Virus record (IMG/VR): IMGVR_UViG_3300033075_001228
Length of the DNA stretch: 64,000 bases
Origin: a virus
Taxonomy: Duplodnaviria > Caudoviricetes
Reading direction: 5' to 3' (one strand)
Below are positions 17,511 through 27,394 of the stretch, in pieces. The notes below the pieces were generated by a model. That model had not been told where the DNA came from. It did no database searches and saw nothing but the letters and a program-made list of their open reading frames with translations. The position numbers were made by a program, and so were the translations under genes. Numbering within the stretch: the stretch's first letter is position 1; each line of letters begins with the position of its first letter.

Positions 17511-18649
17511 TTTGTTAGCTCAATCACGCGGTTACCGATGTGCCTAATGTCATCTTCGTTTAACCACCAGCCACAAGGCAGGTTAAACTGGTTTGCTGAA
17601 AAATTACGCACGCCTGGTAGGTCAGCCTTGAACCTTTGGAAGGCTGTGTAATCATCGTTTGGCACGTGAACAACGCCCGCCATGATTCCTTCCTCATTTA
17701 ACGCTTTAAGCAGCTCATCACGTTGAAGCCTAGAGCGCTTTGGATCCACCTTCATCGTATAGACCCAAAAGCTAGACTCTCCGCCAAACGGTCTTGTTGA
17801 ACGCCTGACGCGATCGCAGCCAGCAAACAGCTTGTCATATGCAGCAGCGTTTGCGCGGTGCGCAGTCATTATTTTGTCAACGTACGGCAGCTGTGAAAGA
17901 CCAATCGCAGCAGCAACGTTGTTCATGTTGAACTTGTAACCTGCCTCCTCGATGTCGACGTCCCACTGCTGCCCTTTCCAGTTACCGCTTTCATCTTTTG
18001 CACGGTCACGGTCAATTCCAAACCATTTTAGCGCCTTGGCACGCTTATGGTCGTTGCTGTCTAAGCACACCAACGCCCCGCCGTCGCCAGTGGTGAAATG
18101 CTTGATAGCCTGAAACGAATAGCAGGTATAGTTTGCCCATTCATGGATGGGCGTTCCGTGGTACCTGGCCTGGAATGCATGGGCTGCATCAAGGATTAGC
18201 TTAATCCCGCGTCGATCACAGATCTTCCAAAGGTCCTGTAGCTGCGGCGGCGTCCCTGCCCAGGCGACAACGACTACAGCCTTTGTTTTGTCAGTGATTT
18301 TTTTCGAAACGTCCATTGGATCAAGCATGCCGTTGCTTGAGTCTACGTCCCCCCAGACGATGTTTGCCCCCAGGTTGACGATAGGAACGTTTCCTGCTAC
18401 GCAGGTCATAGGGCTAGAGATCACTTCGTCTCCTGGTCCTACGCCTGTCAAGTGAAGAGCTAACGTTAAGGCTGACGTACATGCATTGGTAAGGATCAGG
18501 TTGTTGCTTTCAAGCGTCTTGCTAAGCTGCAACGTTAGCTCTGAAACTTGTACGCCTTCATTGATAAAGCCTGAAGCAAACACGTCTCCAACCTTAGCCA
18601 AGGCTTCTTCTTTGGAGACGTGTACCTTGAAAAGTGGGTAAATTTTCAT
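17507..18649 (-). CDS. DegT/DnrJ/EryC1/StrS PLP-dependent sugar aminotransferase
   Basis: GPGDEVI, DAAHA and YSFQAIKHFTTGDGG (PLP Lys). Start at ATG 18649. Confidence 0.93.
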   Translation of the reverse strand: MKIYPLFKVHVSKEEALAKVGDVFASGFINEGVQVSELTLQLSKTLESNNLILTNACTSALTLALHLTGVGPGDEVISSPMTCVAGNVPIVNLGANIVWGDVDSSNGMLDPMDVSKKITDKTKAVVVVAWAGTPPQLQDLWKICDRRGIKLILDAAHAFQARYHGTPIHEWANYTCYSFQAIKHFTTGDGGALVCLDSNDHKRAKALKWFGIDRDRAKDESGNWKGQQWDVDIEEAGYKFNMNNVAAAIGLSQLPYVDKIMTAHRANAAAYDKLFAGCDRVRRSTRPFGGESSFWVYTMKVDPKRSRLQRDELLKALNEEGIMAGVVHVPNDDYTAFQRFKADLPGVRNFSANQFNLPCGWWLNEDDIRHIGNRVIELTK

Positions 18650-18650
18650 C

Positions 18651-19676
18651 TTAGCTTTTTCTGTTGGTGGCAATCTCTTCAATCGATAGGCCCGTAAACT
18701 CATTCAACGGTCGATCGATGATGTTTAGCTTGATAAGGTGATCATAAAGCTGCTGCTTTGACATCACGTTATCAGCGCTAGTGTATGTGAACCTGTTTCC
18801 AGATGCCTTGTCAAGCGCTGGACCGATGACGTAACGATACTTCGAGTCACTCGTTGTCCGGACAGACTCAGACTCATTGATGAGGTCTTCATGGGCCTTC
18901 TCGCCGGGCCTTAAGCCTATGACCTTGATAGGTTTTCCAGAACGCTCAGAAAAGATCTCTGCAAGGTCTCCGATCTTCATCGCAGGAGGCCGAGGGATCA
19001 AAGTTGTCCCTGACTCACTTTGTTCAAAGGCAGCTAGGATGAGGTCAACGCTGTCATCTAGCGTCATAACAAATCTTGTCATCGTTGGATCAGTGACAGT
19101 CAAAAACTCAGCGTGCTCTGCTTGGTACTTGAACAGAGGGATGATGCTTCCCCTAGACTCAAGCACGTTACCATAACGAACTGCAAGGTAACGAACGTGC
19201 GATAAGCCAGTATTTGCTTGGCTGGTCACGATCCTTTCGGACACAGCTTTGCACATGCCATAGACGTTTACTGGAGAGCATGCCTTGTCTGTGCTGACAA
19301 ACAAGACTGCCTCAAGATCGCTTAGGTTTAGCTCGTTGATTGCTGAGATGACGTTTTGTGTGCCGATGAGGTTTGTGGCTACGCTTTCCCCGGGGCTTAG
19401 CTCGCAGGTGTCAACATGTTTTAACGCTGCTGCGATGATGACACGGTTTGGCTTGTATTGTCTGATGACATCCTTGACACGTGCATGATCACGGATGTCT
19501 CCAACGTAAAAATCCAGCCTTCCGACCCAAGGTGTATCAGTAAGCTCGTTGCGCAGGGTCCAGTGCTTATTCTCATCTCGAGAATAAGCTGCGACAAAGC
19601 TGTTGGGTGTAAGCCGTTCTATCAGCTTTTTGCCCAACGAACCGGTGCCACCAAAGATTAGGTAACGAAGCATCAT
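18651..19676 (-). CDS. UDP-GlcNAc 4,6-dehydratase (PseB/CapD/FnlA-like SDR)
   Basis: GGTGSLG, SRDE.K, AAALKHV, STDKA..PVNVYGMCK, RYGNV..SRGS and GLRPGEK.HE. Confidence 0.92.
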   Translation of the reverse strand: MMLRYLIFGGTGSLGKKLIERLTPNSFVAAYSRDENKHWTLRNELTDTPWVGRLDFYVGDIRDHARVKDVIRQYKPNRVIIAAALKHVDTCELSPGESVATNLIGTQNVISAINELNLSDLEAVLFVSTDKACSPVNVYGMCKAVSERIVTSQANTGLSHVRYLAVRYGNVLESRGSIIPLFKYQAEHAEFLTVTDPTMTRFVMTLDDSVDLILAAFEQSESGTTLIPRPPAMKIGDLAEIFSERSGKPIKVIGLRPGEKAHEDLINESESVRTTSDSKYRYVIGPALDKASGNRFTYTSADNVMSKQQLYDHLIKLNIIDRPLNEFTGLSIEEIATNRKS

Positions 19677-20497
19677 TTAGATTCTAAACCAAGTCGTCTA
19701 ACGATGTACTGGTCACTTGGTACGATCGATGCACGACGTGTTGTTTTGTAACCAAGGCGTTGCAAGTCAGCTTCAGACGTCCACGAGCCTGTCACAACCT
19801 TTGCGCCATAAGGGTTTAGGTTGCAATGAAACAGCCCGCCGTCCAACAGCCCAGTTTTTTGATAACGCCGCCAATACAGAGCCTGAAAGTCTGGCTCCGT
19901 GAACCTTGGCATGGTCCTTAGCTCATCAAAGACATCCTTCATTGCTTGGTAACGATTCAATGCTGGCAGCTGCGTCAAAAACGTTGTCGTCCAAATGTCA
20001 CCGCGTGAATGCTCAAACGAAACTTGTTGTCCTGTCACCTTGTTTGTGTGCGACTGCCATAACGCTTTTCGAGAATCACGATGAGGAACGTCCTTGTTGT
20101 AGAGGTGACGCTCAGCAACTGAGTATTCATGCACCCGTACAGAACCAACGTCAGCGTTTGTGTCAAGGTAGCTAACGCATTCCGACAGCTTTGCAAAGTT
20201 GTAATGAATCATGTCAGATTCAATGATGTACGTATAGCTAGGCGCGGCTGGCGTGATGTGTTGTAACCACCAGTCGATCGCGGACCAATAGCCAACGTTT
20301 TTGTCAGCCTGGTAGACGTTTACATAGCTGCTACACAACGCGTCGATCGTGCCTGGAGCAGTAGACGCATTGTCAAACACCGTTAGCTTCTCACGTAGCC
20401 AAGGCGCTTGTTCATTGAGGTTTTTTAGCACCTCAGTGAGCACATCTGTCCTTGATTGCTCAAGGCAACACGTAACGAGTAAAAATGCTACGTTCAC
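19673..20497 (-). CDS. GT2-like glycosyltransferase
   Basis: VFDNAS, NVGY and IIESD. Confidence 0.65.
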   Translation of the reverse strand: MNVAFLLVTCCLEQSRTDVLTEVLKNLNEQAPWLREKLTVFDNASTAPGTIDALCSSYVNVYQADKNVGYWSAIDWWLQHITPAAPSYTYIIESDMIHYNFAKLSECVSYLDTNADVGSVRVHEYSVAERHLYNKDVPHRDSRKALWQSHTNKVTGQQVSFEHSRGDIWTTTFLTQLPALNRYQAMKDVFDELRTMPRFTEPDFQALYWRRYQKTGLLDGGLFHCNLNPYGAKVVTGSWTSEADLQRLGYKTTRRASIVPSDQYIVRRLGLESK

Positions 20498-21393
20498 AAC
20501 GATTGAATGAGTTTTCTGTAGGGTTCGTAGCCAACCGGCAGCATCAACGGTTTGACGTTAGGAACCGTTGGTGTAGCCAACGTTACATCTTCATGGATTG
20601 AATGTGCTGGCAGCACGCATTCTGCCATCCCAACTGGGCGTGACACAACCGGAACGTTTAGAAGGCCAGCTTCGATCAACGATTGGGGACCCCCTTCGTG
20701 TCTTGCGGTGACAGGATACAGATCCAACGTCTGGTACAGTTCATTAAGTACGTCTTGTGCTGGTCTTTCAAAGTAGGTGTAGCTAATTTTTGCGGCGTCT
20801 AGGCGCATCATGATGTATTGCCGTCGCCATCCAGCAAGAACAACGTGAATGTTATGATGGCTCTCGTTAAGCTTTGTTAAGGCGTCCGCCAACAAATCAG
20901 GTCCCTTTTCAAGCTTAGGGCTTCGTTGATCGTGACCCTCTGTGTCACGTTGAAATGAGCCAACAAGGTAAGCATCAGTTGGCAAGCCATGTTTTTTCCT
21001 AAGCTCACTCCGCGTCCCCGTCGGCCACCAGATATCCTGGTTTGCCCAATAGGCTATGACATAGATCGGTTTCTTCGTAAATGAACGAATGAACTTTTCT
21101 GTTCGGGTGTTTGGAACGTGGTAGCAGCTTGTCACTGCATCGCGTTCAATGAACTCTGCTAGTGCTCGATCGTCAAATTTCTCTGGAACGATATGGTGAA
21201 TTGTTGTGATGATTTTCTTCTTCATCAAAACGTGTAGCGGAACGTGTCGCCAACACCAGTCAGACAACAACCAAATTACGTCAGCATCAGCTGGTTTAGC
21301 AACGCTGACGTCTGCATTGTCTTTGTTCCACTCAAAGACAAATCGATCAACGATCCAGTCTTCTCGTGGCGCAAGAACGAATACCTTGTTCAT
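20494..21393 (-). CDS. GT4 glycosyltransferase
   Basis: EKGPD and RHEGGPQSLIEA. Confidence 0.85.
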   Translation of the reverse strand: MNKVFVLAPREDWIVDRFVFEWNKDNADVSVAKPADADVIWLLSDWCWRHVPLHVLMKKKIITTIHHIVPEKFDDRALAEFIERDAVTSCYHVPNTRTEKFIRSFTKKPIYVIAYWANQDIWWPTGTRSELRKKHGLPTDAYLVGSFQRDTEGHDQRSPKLEKGPDLLADALTKLNESHHNIHVVLAGWRRQYIMMRLDAAKISYTYFERPAQDVLNELYQTLDLYPVTARHEGGPQSLIEAGLLNVPVVSRPVGMAECVLPAHSIHEDVTLATPTVPNVKPLMLPVGYEPYRKLIQSL

Positions 21394-22379
21394 TCTTTTT
21401 CCTTTTCTTTGACAGCTAACGCTATGTCATGGTTGACCATGCGCACCACTAGCTCATCAAACGACACGCGAGGTTTCCACCCCAACGCATGCATTGCCCG
21501 TGAAGGGTTTGCACGAAGCGTATCGACTTCAGCTGGCCTAATCCATTTTGGATCTGTTCGTACGTATTTTTTTGGGTCAAGCCCGGCGTGAGCAAACGCT
21601 ATGTCAATGAACTCTTGGACTGTGTGACACTCACCAGTTCCAATGACGTAATCGTTTGCAGCGTCTTGCTGCAACATCAACCACATAGCCTCTACGTAAT
21701 CGGGGGCATACCCCCAGTCTCTTTTAACGTCTAGGTTACCAAGAACTAGGTCGTGTTGTGTGCCTGCTTTGATCCTACCGACGGCCCGGGTGATTTTTCT
21801 AGTGACAAAGTTTTCGCCGCGGCGCTCACTTTCGTGGTTAAACAAGATGCCGCTGCACGCAAAAAGACCGTATGCTTCTCGGTAGTTTTTTGTGATGTCA
21901 TGACCAAAGACTTTTGCGCATCCGTACGGAGAACGTGGGTAAAACCTTGTAGTCTCCTGCTGCGGGGTTTCTTGCACCTTGCCAAACATCTCGCTTGATG
22001 ATGCCTGGTAGAACCTTGCTTTCGTCCCTGAACGTCTGATGGCCTCCAAGAGATGCAACGGACCCAATGCCGTCACCCCCACCGTGTTGATCGGTTGGTC
22101 AAATGACTGACCAACGTGTGACTGTGCAGCTAGGTTGTACACTTCGTCTGGTTTAACGTCTTCGATAAGCGTTCGCATCAAAGATGCATCCATCACATCG
22201 CCATGATGAATCACCAAACCAGCATTCATGGCGTTACGTAAGTGACCCCATTTGTCTGGGGTAAACTGCGTTGTCTGCCTGACAAGGCCGTGGACCTCAT
22301 AACCCTTGCTGATCAACAGGTCACAGAGGTAGCTTCCGTCTTGCCCAGAGGGACCCGTTACAAATGCGCGTTTAGTCAT
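21390..22379 (-). CDS. gmd: GDP-mannose 4,6-dehydratase
   Basis: GQDGSYL, NLAAQSHV, YQASSSEMFG, SPYGCAK, GILFNHES.RRG..FVTRKIT and RDWG. Confidence 0.95.
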   Translation of the reverse strand: MTKRAFVTGPSGQDGSYLCDLLISKGYEVHGLVRQTTQFTPDKWGHLRNAMNAGLVIHHGDVMDASLMRTLIEDVKPDEVYNLAAQSHVGQSFDQPINTVGVTALGPLHLLEAIRRSGTKARFYQASSSEMFGKVQETPQQETTRFYPRSPYGCAKVFGHDITKNYREAYGLFACSGILFNHESERRGENFVTRKITRAVGRIKAGTQHDLVLGNLDVKRDWGYAPDYVEAMWLMLQQDAANDYVIGTGECHTVQEFIDIAFAHAGLDPKKYVRTDPKWIRPAEVDTLRANPSRAMHALGWKPRVSFDELVVRMVNHDIALAVKEKEKE

Positions 22380-22469
22380 TAAAGAACCTTATCCATGCTT
22401 CTCGATTGAAATTTGTCTTTGCATGTCGTTTATGAAAGACGCCGTCAGGATTTGGTTGCATGTGGTAAC

Positions 22470-23426
22470 CTATGCCACGTTTAGGCGTTCGAACAACTGC
22501 ACGTAGCGAGTCACAGCATTTTGAATGTCAATGTTTGGAATTTGATCGTAACTAAGCTCACTACGATGAGGAAGATGTGCTACTTGTGTTACATCAACAT
22601 CTGGTGGACTGTCATAGTCTGCTAGCTCAAATGCGTATGGCTTTTCATTCAAAACAATGCCATAACGGCCGTTTGCGATCAGCTCCTTTGTGCCTCCGAC
22701 CTCGGAACATATGACTGGCGTTCCTTGGCTTAGGGCTTCAACGACAACGTTTGGACAATGATCAGCCCACGCAAGGTGCAGCATCCAGTCAGCTGCTGCA
22801 TATACTTGCATGTAGACCTCAGCTGGCTGCGATCCTGTGTAAAACACGTGCCTGTCAGCGACCACAACATCTGGATTTGCGCCCATCACAAACAAGCAGC
22901 TGTTTGGAAACTGAGTGGCTCTTAGGTGTTCAAACAGCTTTAGGTTTGCTTTCAAACGTTTTTGCGGGTGCCAGTTTGACGAGCATACAAAAACCTTGTC
23001 ATATGACGAACGAATCCTGGCTAGCTCAGGGATCGTTATCCTGTCTAGGCGAGCCAAGTCAATGCCGTTGTGAATCACTTCTACAAGACAGGACGTCTGT
23101 GGAGAAGTGCCCCACCAATGGCTCACCATGTCCTTGTCAAATGACGACTGAAACACCACAGCGTCAGCTTTTTCATACAAAGACTTTATCGCTACGTTTT
23201 TTACGTGAAACTCGTCTGGTTTGAACCAAATGCCGTCGAGGCGCTGGACAACCTTTCGCGCCAGCTTTTTGCCGGTTGGTTCGATGAAAACCAACGACAC
23301 GTCAGCGTGATCGGCGTCTAACGTTACGTTGTGACCTGCGTTCAAAAGGCCTTTCGCAAGGCGCGTGGCAAACGTGTTTGGGCCAGAACGCGATCCAAGC
23401 GAAACATTGTCAAAATGAACTAACAT
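22470..23426 (-). CDS. GT4 glycosyltransferase
   Basis: IHNGID and DHCPNVVVEALSQGTPV. Confidence 0.85.
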   Translation of the reverse strand: MLVHFDNVSLGSRSGPNTFATRLAKGLLNAGHNVTLDADHADVSLVFIEPTGKKLARKVVQRLDGIWFKPDEFHVKNVAIKSLYEKADAVVFQSSFDKDMVSHWWGTSPQTSCLVEVIHNGIDLARLDRITIPELARIRSSYDKVFVCSSNWHPQKRLKANLKLFEHLRATQFPNSCLFVMGANPDVVVADRHVFYTGSQPAEVYMQVYAAADWMLHLAWADHCPNVVVEALSQGTPVICSEVGGTKELIANGRYGIVLNEKPYAFELADYDSPPDVDVTQVAHLPHRSELSYDQIPNIDIQNAVTRYVQLFERLNVA

Positions 23427-23794
23427 CAGCTACGTTTTTTGATCTCTGCGAGGATCGGAAAGGCTAGTTCAGTGCCATTCAGCATCAACGCAAGCAACGC
23501 TAGCTCTTTTGTTTGGATGTTTTCTAGCTTAGCTCTTTGCGAAAAGATCCTTGGGTCAAGCTCGTGTTGGCCATTGACAAGGATTGAATCGTAGTAAAGC
23601 TGCGCCAGCAGGTTCATTGCTTCGTTCGTCAACCCGCTTTTTGACGTTTCAAACACCTCAACCAGACACTCAAAAATGGTTTGGTAGATCTCTACGCAGA
23701 CGACAGCGTTAAGCTTTATGTCCTTGTTGAAGAAACGTTTAAGCTTTTCGTTTAACAGACGAGTGATGGTTTCATTAAACCTGGATTCTTTCAT
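23426..23794 (-). CDS. Hypothetical protein (paralog of next gene)
   Basis: 122 aa, alignable by eye with 23791-24174. Confidence 0.7.
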   Translation of the reverse strand: MKESRFNETITRLLNEKLKRFFNKDIKLNAVVCVEIYQTIFECLVEVFETSKSGLTNEAMNLLAQLYYDSILVNGQHELDPRIFSQRAKLENIQTKELALLALMLNGTELAFPILAEIKKRS

Positions 23795-24174
23795 GAGACA
23801 TTCTTTCTACGTTCAGCTTCTGTTCTTAGCTCTAGACCTAGCTTTGTGTCACCATAAAGGTCAAGCAGCAGCTTGATGTCTGACGCTAGCAGCTCCGGCA
23901 GCGTATATTCGTTGATGACAACGTTGTCGCTTATCAGCTGATCACCTGAGATCTGGATCGACTTAAAGTACTGATCCGTTAGCCACGTCACCCCTTCAGG
24001 AGATAGGTTGTAGTTTTTGCTGCTCGTAAAGATGCTATGAATCTTGAATCGTAACGATTCACGTATGCTACGTAGCACCGCTGGCGTCAGTGGTTGACCA
24101 AGAAAGTCCTTGATGACAATGTTTAGCTGTTTTTCCAACATCTGGTAGAACCTCACACGCTTGGGCTTTGTCAT
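23791..24174 (-). CDS. Hypothetical protein (paralog of previous gene)
   Basis: 127 aa with ATGA overlap. Confidence 0.7.
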   Translation of the reverse strand: MTKPKRVRFYQMLEKQLNIVIKDFLGQPLTPAVLRSIRESLRFKIHSIFTSSKNYNLSPEGVTWLTDQYFKSIQISGDQLISDNVVINEYTLPELLASDIKLLLDLYGDTKLGLELRTEAERRKNVS

Positions 24175-24175
24175 C

Positions 24176-25105
24176 TCATGACCCCTTCTGTTTTGTTTGC
24201 AGCAGAAACGCTAGGTACTGCTTAATGCATGTCTCCCAGTCAACTAGCTGGATTGGGTTTTGTTTTGGCAAACCATGGTTTAACATCGTCTCCAACTGTT
24301 CCCAAGTTTCAAACGTGCATTCCTGTCCCGCGAACTCACAACAGCCGCCACCGTCTACATGGACTAGCGTAGGTAAGCCACAAGCCAAGGCCTCCAGGCA
24401 ATGGTTTGGGCCTGGGTCCGCGATAGATGCAGAGACATACACATCATGTTTTCCGAGCTCTTCACCGAGGCTTTTGCCGCTAAGCGGCGCAACCACGGTG
24501 GTGTGGCTAAAGCTACACTTGTGACGCCCAATGTACGTAAACGCAAACCTGTCGGGGTGCTTTCCAACAAGCCTATCTAGCTTTTCGTACGTGTCTGCGC
24601 CTTTCATCCTGTTGTCGCTCCAGTGATGAGCAACGATGTTAAGCTTGCCGTTGTTAAGCTTGGGCATTGGTTGGAAGATCTCTTTGTCAACGCCATTGAT
24701 GATGACACAATCGTTTTTGCCGTTCCAACCTTTTTCTGAAAAATACTGCTTCAACCACTGCGACACAAAAACAATGCCGTCCATGTGTGGAAACAGCTTT
24801 AGCAGGTAAGGATCAACATGCCTAGTGTTTTTTCGGGCGTCACATTCGTTTACGCGAAGCACAAGCTTAACGTTGCGGTCCTGTGCCGCCATCATCCATT
24901 TGTAGTTGATGGCTTGCTCGACAGATATCCCTCTTCCGTCATTGTCAAGCCCAGCAAGAAGCAACACGTCAGGAGAAACAGACATGGAGTCTGGCGGTAT
25001 GAGCTCATGTCCGCTTTCCTTTGTAACTGAGTGAAACGCATTCACAAAATGTGCGCCGCCGCCCCATGGTCCTTTTATTGGGGTTCTATTAACGTAGATT
25101 TTCAC
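24176..25105 (-). CDS. GT4 glycosyltransferase
   Basis: GPWGGG, INGVD and DPGPNHCLEALACGLP. Confidence 0.85.
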   Translation of the reverse strand: MKIYVNRTPIKGPWGGGAHFVNAFHSVTKESGHELIPPDSMSVSPDVLLLAGLDNDGRGISVEQAINYKWMMAAQDRNVKLVLRVNECDARKNTRHVDPYLLKLFPHMDGIVFVSQWLKQYFSEKGWNGKNDCVIINGVDKEIFQPMPKLNNGKLNIVAHHWSDNRMKGADTYEKLDRLVGKHPDRFAFTYIGRHKCSFSHTTVVAPLSGKSLGEELGKHDVYVSASIADPGPNHCLEALACGLPTLVHVDGGGCCEFAGQECTFETWEQLETMLNHGLPKQNPIQLVDWETCIKQYLAFLLQTKQKGS

Positions 25106-25443
25106 GTTGAAGCCTTACGATTGATGTGTCTGTTGCCGACCTTCACAGGCGTTCCAGGAGGACATTGGATCGTAAACATTACAGAATATGATTGTGGGTT
25201 TGGAAAACCGTTCGGTGCTGCAGGCGCGACGGCGATGTCAAACATCGGGACGCCTTCATCGATCTGTTCGATCGAACCACGCCACACAGCACCTGACTTT
25301 TTGCTCGGCGCGTATGTAAACCTCACCCGAAGCCCCCGATTTTCGTCGCCTACCGTGATGAGCTTACCGGGAGCAACTTCATCAGCAACGTCGCCCTCAA
25401 TCACAACAATGTCATCACTGGCTCCATAAACCGCGATCGTCAT
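25102..25443 (-). CDS. Hypothetical phage protein
   Basis: 113 aa. GTGTAA-17-TAAAAT promoter lies 6 nt upstream. Confidence 0.7.
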   Translation of the reverse strand: MTIAVYGASDDIVVIEGDVADEVAPGKLITVGDENRGLRVRFTYAPSKKSGAVWRGSIEQIDEGVPMFDIAVAPAAPNGFPNPQSYSVMFTIQCPPGTPVKVGNRHINRKAST

Positions 25444-25487
25444 GCAGTCATTTTACGGCATGTTATCACGATTTACACGACCTTGCG

Positions 25488-25724
25488 TCATCTTGTCACG
25501 ACGAGGTTTGATGATTCATCATCAACCCAAACAACCTTTGTCATCCCTTTGTGACCGTGTATGTCCTCTAACGTTTGGATGTCTGGATAGAAGCTCATTG
25601 CTGTTTTCCCTGTCAACCAAATCAACGCGCACCATCCTGTGTCAAACTGGCATCCTTCAGCTACGTTACCAACGCCAGATATGCCTGATGCATCAGTGTT
25701 TCTTTGTAGGTAAAACCGTTTCAT
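25488..25724 (-). CDS. Small hypothetical phage protein
   Basis: 78 aa, R..DASGISG.G.VAEG...IHGH. Confidence 0.7.
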   Translation of the reverse strand: MKRFYLQRNTDASGISGVGNVAEGCQFDTGWCALIWLTGKTAMSFYPDIQTLEDIHGHKGMTKVVWVDDESSNLVVTR

Positions 25725-25939
25725 GTGTGAATGGGTTCCGTTATTTTGTAAGGAACATTTTCGTAGATGCCACGAGCAGTGAACTCAAACGTTCGCGACA
25801 ACCTTCCGTCTTCATTGAAGACATCAATGATTATAGTGGCAGAGCCAAACGTTGAAAACTTAAAGATGACTTCATCTTTAGCTACGGCATAAGCATTGCT
25901 GCGCAGCCTATTGCCGTTAAAGTAGACGTGTGTTGTCAT
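25721..25939 (-). CDS. Hypothetical protein
   Basis: 72 aa with ATGA overlaps at both ends. Confidence 0.6.
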   Translation of the reverse strand: MTTHVYFNGNRLRSNAYAVAKDEVIFKFSTFGSATIIIDVFNEDGRLSRTFEFTARGIYENVPYKITEPIHT

Positions 25940-26667
25940 TTGACGTAGCCTCGAGCGCGTAAAAACAAGGCTTCATCACGTTGGAATTTGGCGTCGTCTG
26001 TCTGGTACGTTGCTGGCACATCATCGATCGTATAGTGATAAAAGACGCGTGGAACATACCCTTTCTTTTGGGTGTTGTGCAGGACTGGAAGGTAGATCGC
26101 TTGGTCTCCTGCCCTACGGATGTATTGCCCGTCTTCACCCCTAAAGTTTTCGTCATTTACGTCGTTGATGAGACGCTTGCGAAACGTTTTCAAATGGCTG
26201 GAGACCCAAGGGTGCTTATACACGTCTGCATCATGAGACATTGGGCCGCTGATGTTCTTGTCGCTAAGCCCCCAACGGTGTGCAGTCCAAATGGCCTCCG
26301 CGCCCGTTTGCTCGTAGTAGGCGTTTAGAAACGCAAGTGCGTCTAAGTCAGTGAGCCAATCGTCTGCGTCAATGCGACAGACGATGTCTTCATCGTCACA
26401 CATTGACAGGCCATGAAGGACGTTTGCCACCTCCCACTTTTTTGTGTCGTTCCAAACGGTTCGTACTTTGTTTGACGACATCTGCTCAAAGTTGTAGAGG
26501 ATTTCTTCACAGCGTCTTGCTTCACCGACGTCAGAGACGTCATCGATTAGGATGAGTCGCCAGTTGTCGTATGACTGTCCATACAACGAATGAAGCATTC
26601 GTTCAAGCGTCTCTGACGCATTGAACATAGGTGCGACAAAACAAAATCGATTTTTACCAGTCGTCAC
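25936..26667 (-). CDS. GT2 glycosyltransferase
   Basis: APMFNA, IDDVS and RIDADDWL. Confidence 0.88.
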   Translation of the reverse strand: MTTGKNRFCFVAPMFNASETLERMLHSLYGQSYDNWRLILIDDVSDVGEARRCEEILYNFEQMSSNKVRTVWNDTKKWEVANVLHGLSMCDDEDIVCRIDADDWLTDLDALAFLNAYYEQTGAEAIWTAHRWGLSDKNISGPMSHDADVYKHPWVSSHLKTFRKRLINDVNDENFRGEDGQYIRRAGDQAIYLPVLHNTQKKGYVPRVFYHYTIDDVPATYQTDDAKFQRDEALFLRARGYVK

Positions 26668-27382
26668 GGCTGACTCCGGGCTTTGTCAACAACACCTGGC
26701 CATAGTCGATCTTGTCGTCGGCAAGAAATCGATCGTCAATGAACATGCGACGATCCATGATGATCAGCTCTTTGCTGGGATCATCGATCTCATCGATGAG
26801 CTGGCTACACTGGATCGTTCCCTTGTCTTCTTTTGACGGCATGTGGTAGTCATCGAACAACAGAAACTTGTTGTACCTGTCCTTCGTCTTTTCCCAGTCA
26901 TGCTTGGTCGCCTGGTATGAGTGATCGCCATCAATGTAAACCAGATCAAAGCTTCCATCTATCTGGGAAAGAACTTCCTGCGATGGACCCTTATAGAAGT
27001 TTATGTACGTAAAGAGCTCCTGCGGCAGGACGTGCTGAAGGTTTTTTATGTATTCTTCGTTAAGAGCCGGGTCAACGGTGACAATCTTGCCGCCGATGCC
27101 TGCGTCATAGAAGGCCTTCGCTGCACAAAACGTTGCATAGCCCCGACCAAATCCAATTTCTAGCATCGACGTCAGGTTGAACTGACGGATGAGGTAGTAA
27201 ATGAGGATCCCGCGTTCGTAGTTTGAGCGATAGTAAGCTCCGTAGCGCTTGTAGTTTGGATCGTCTGGGCGTCTGTTTCTTTTTGCAGTGTATTCTCCGA
27301 TGTAGTCAAAGTCGCCCATGATAATGCCGTCGACAGCGACTCCCATCTCTTCAAGCTTGTGTTTGATGTTAACTGTTCTCAT
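26654..27382 (-). CDS. Class I SAM-dependent methyltransferase
   Basis: LEIGFGRGY, FDLVYIDGDHSY and FDDY. Confidence 0.88.
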   Translation of the reverse strand: MRTVNIKHKLEEMGVAVDGIIMGDFDYIGEYTAKRNRRPDDPNYKRYGAYYRSNYERGILIYYLIRQFNLTSMLEIGFGRGYATFCAAKAFYDAGIGGKIVTVDPALNEEYIKNLQHVLPQELFTYINFYKGPSQEVLSQIDGSFDLVYIDGDHSYQATKHDWEKTKDRYNKFLLFDDYHMPSKEDKGTIQCSQLIDEIDDPSKELIIMDRRMFIDDRFLADDKIDYGQVLLTKPGVSRDDW

Positions 27383-27394
27383 TTGTAACCATCC

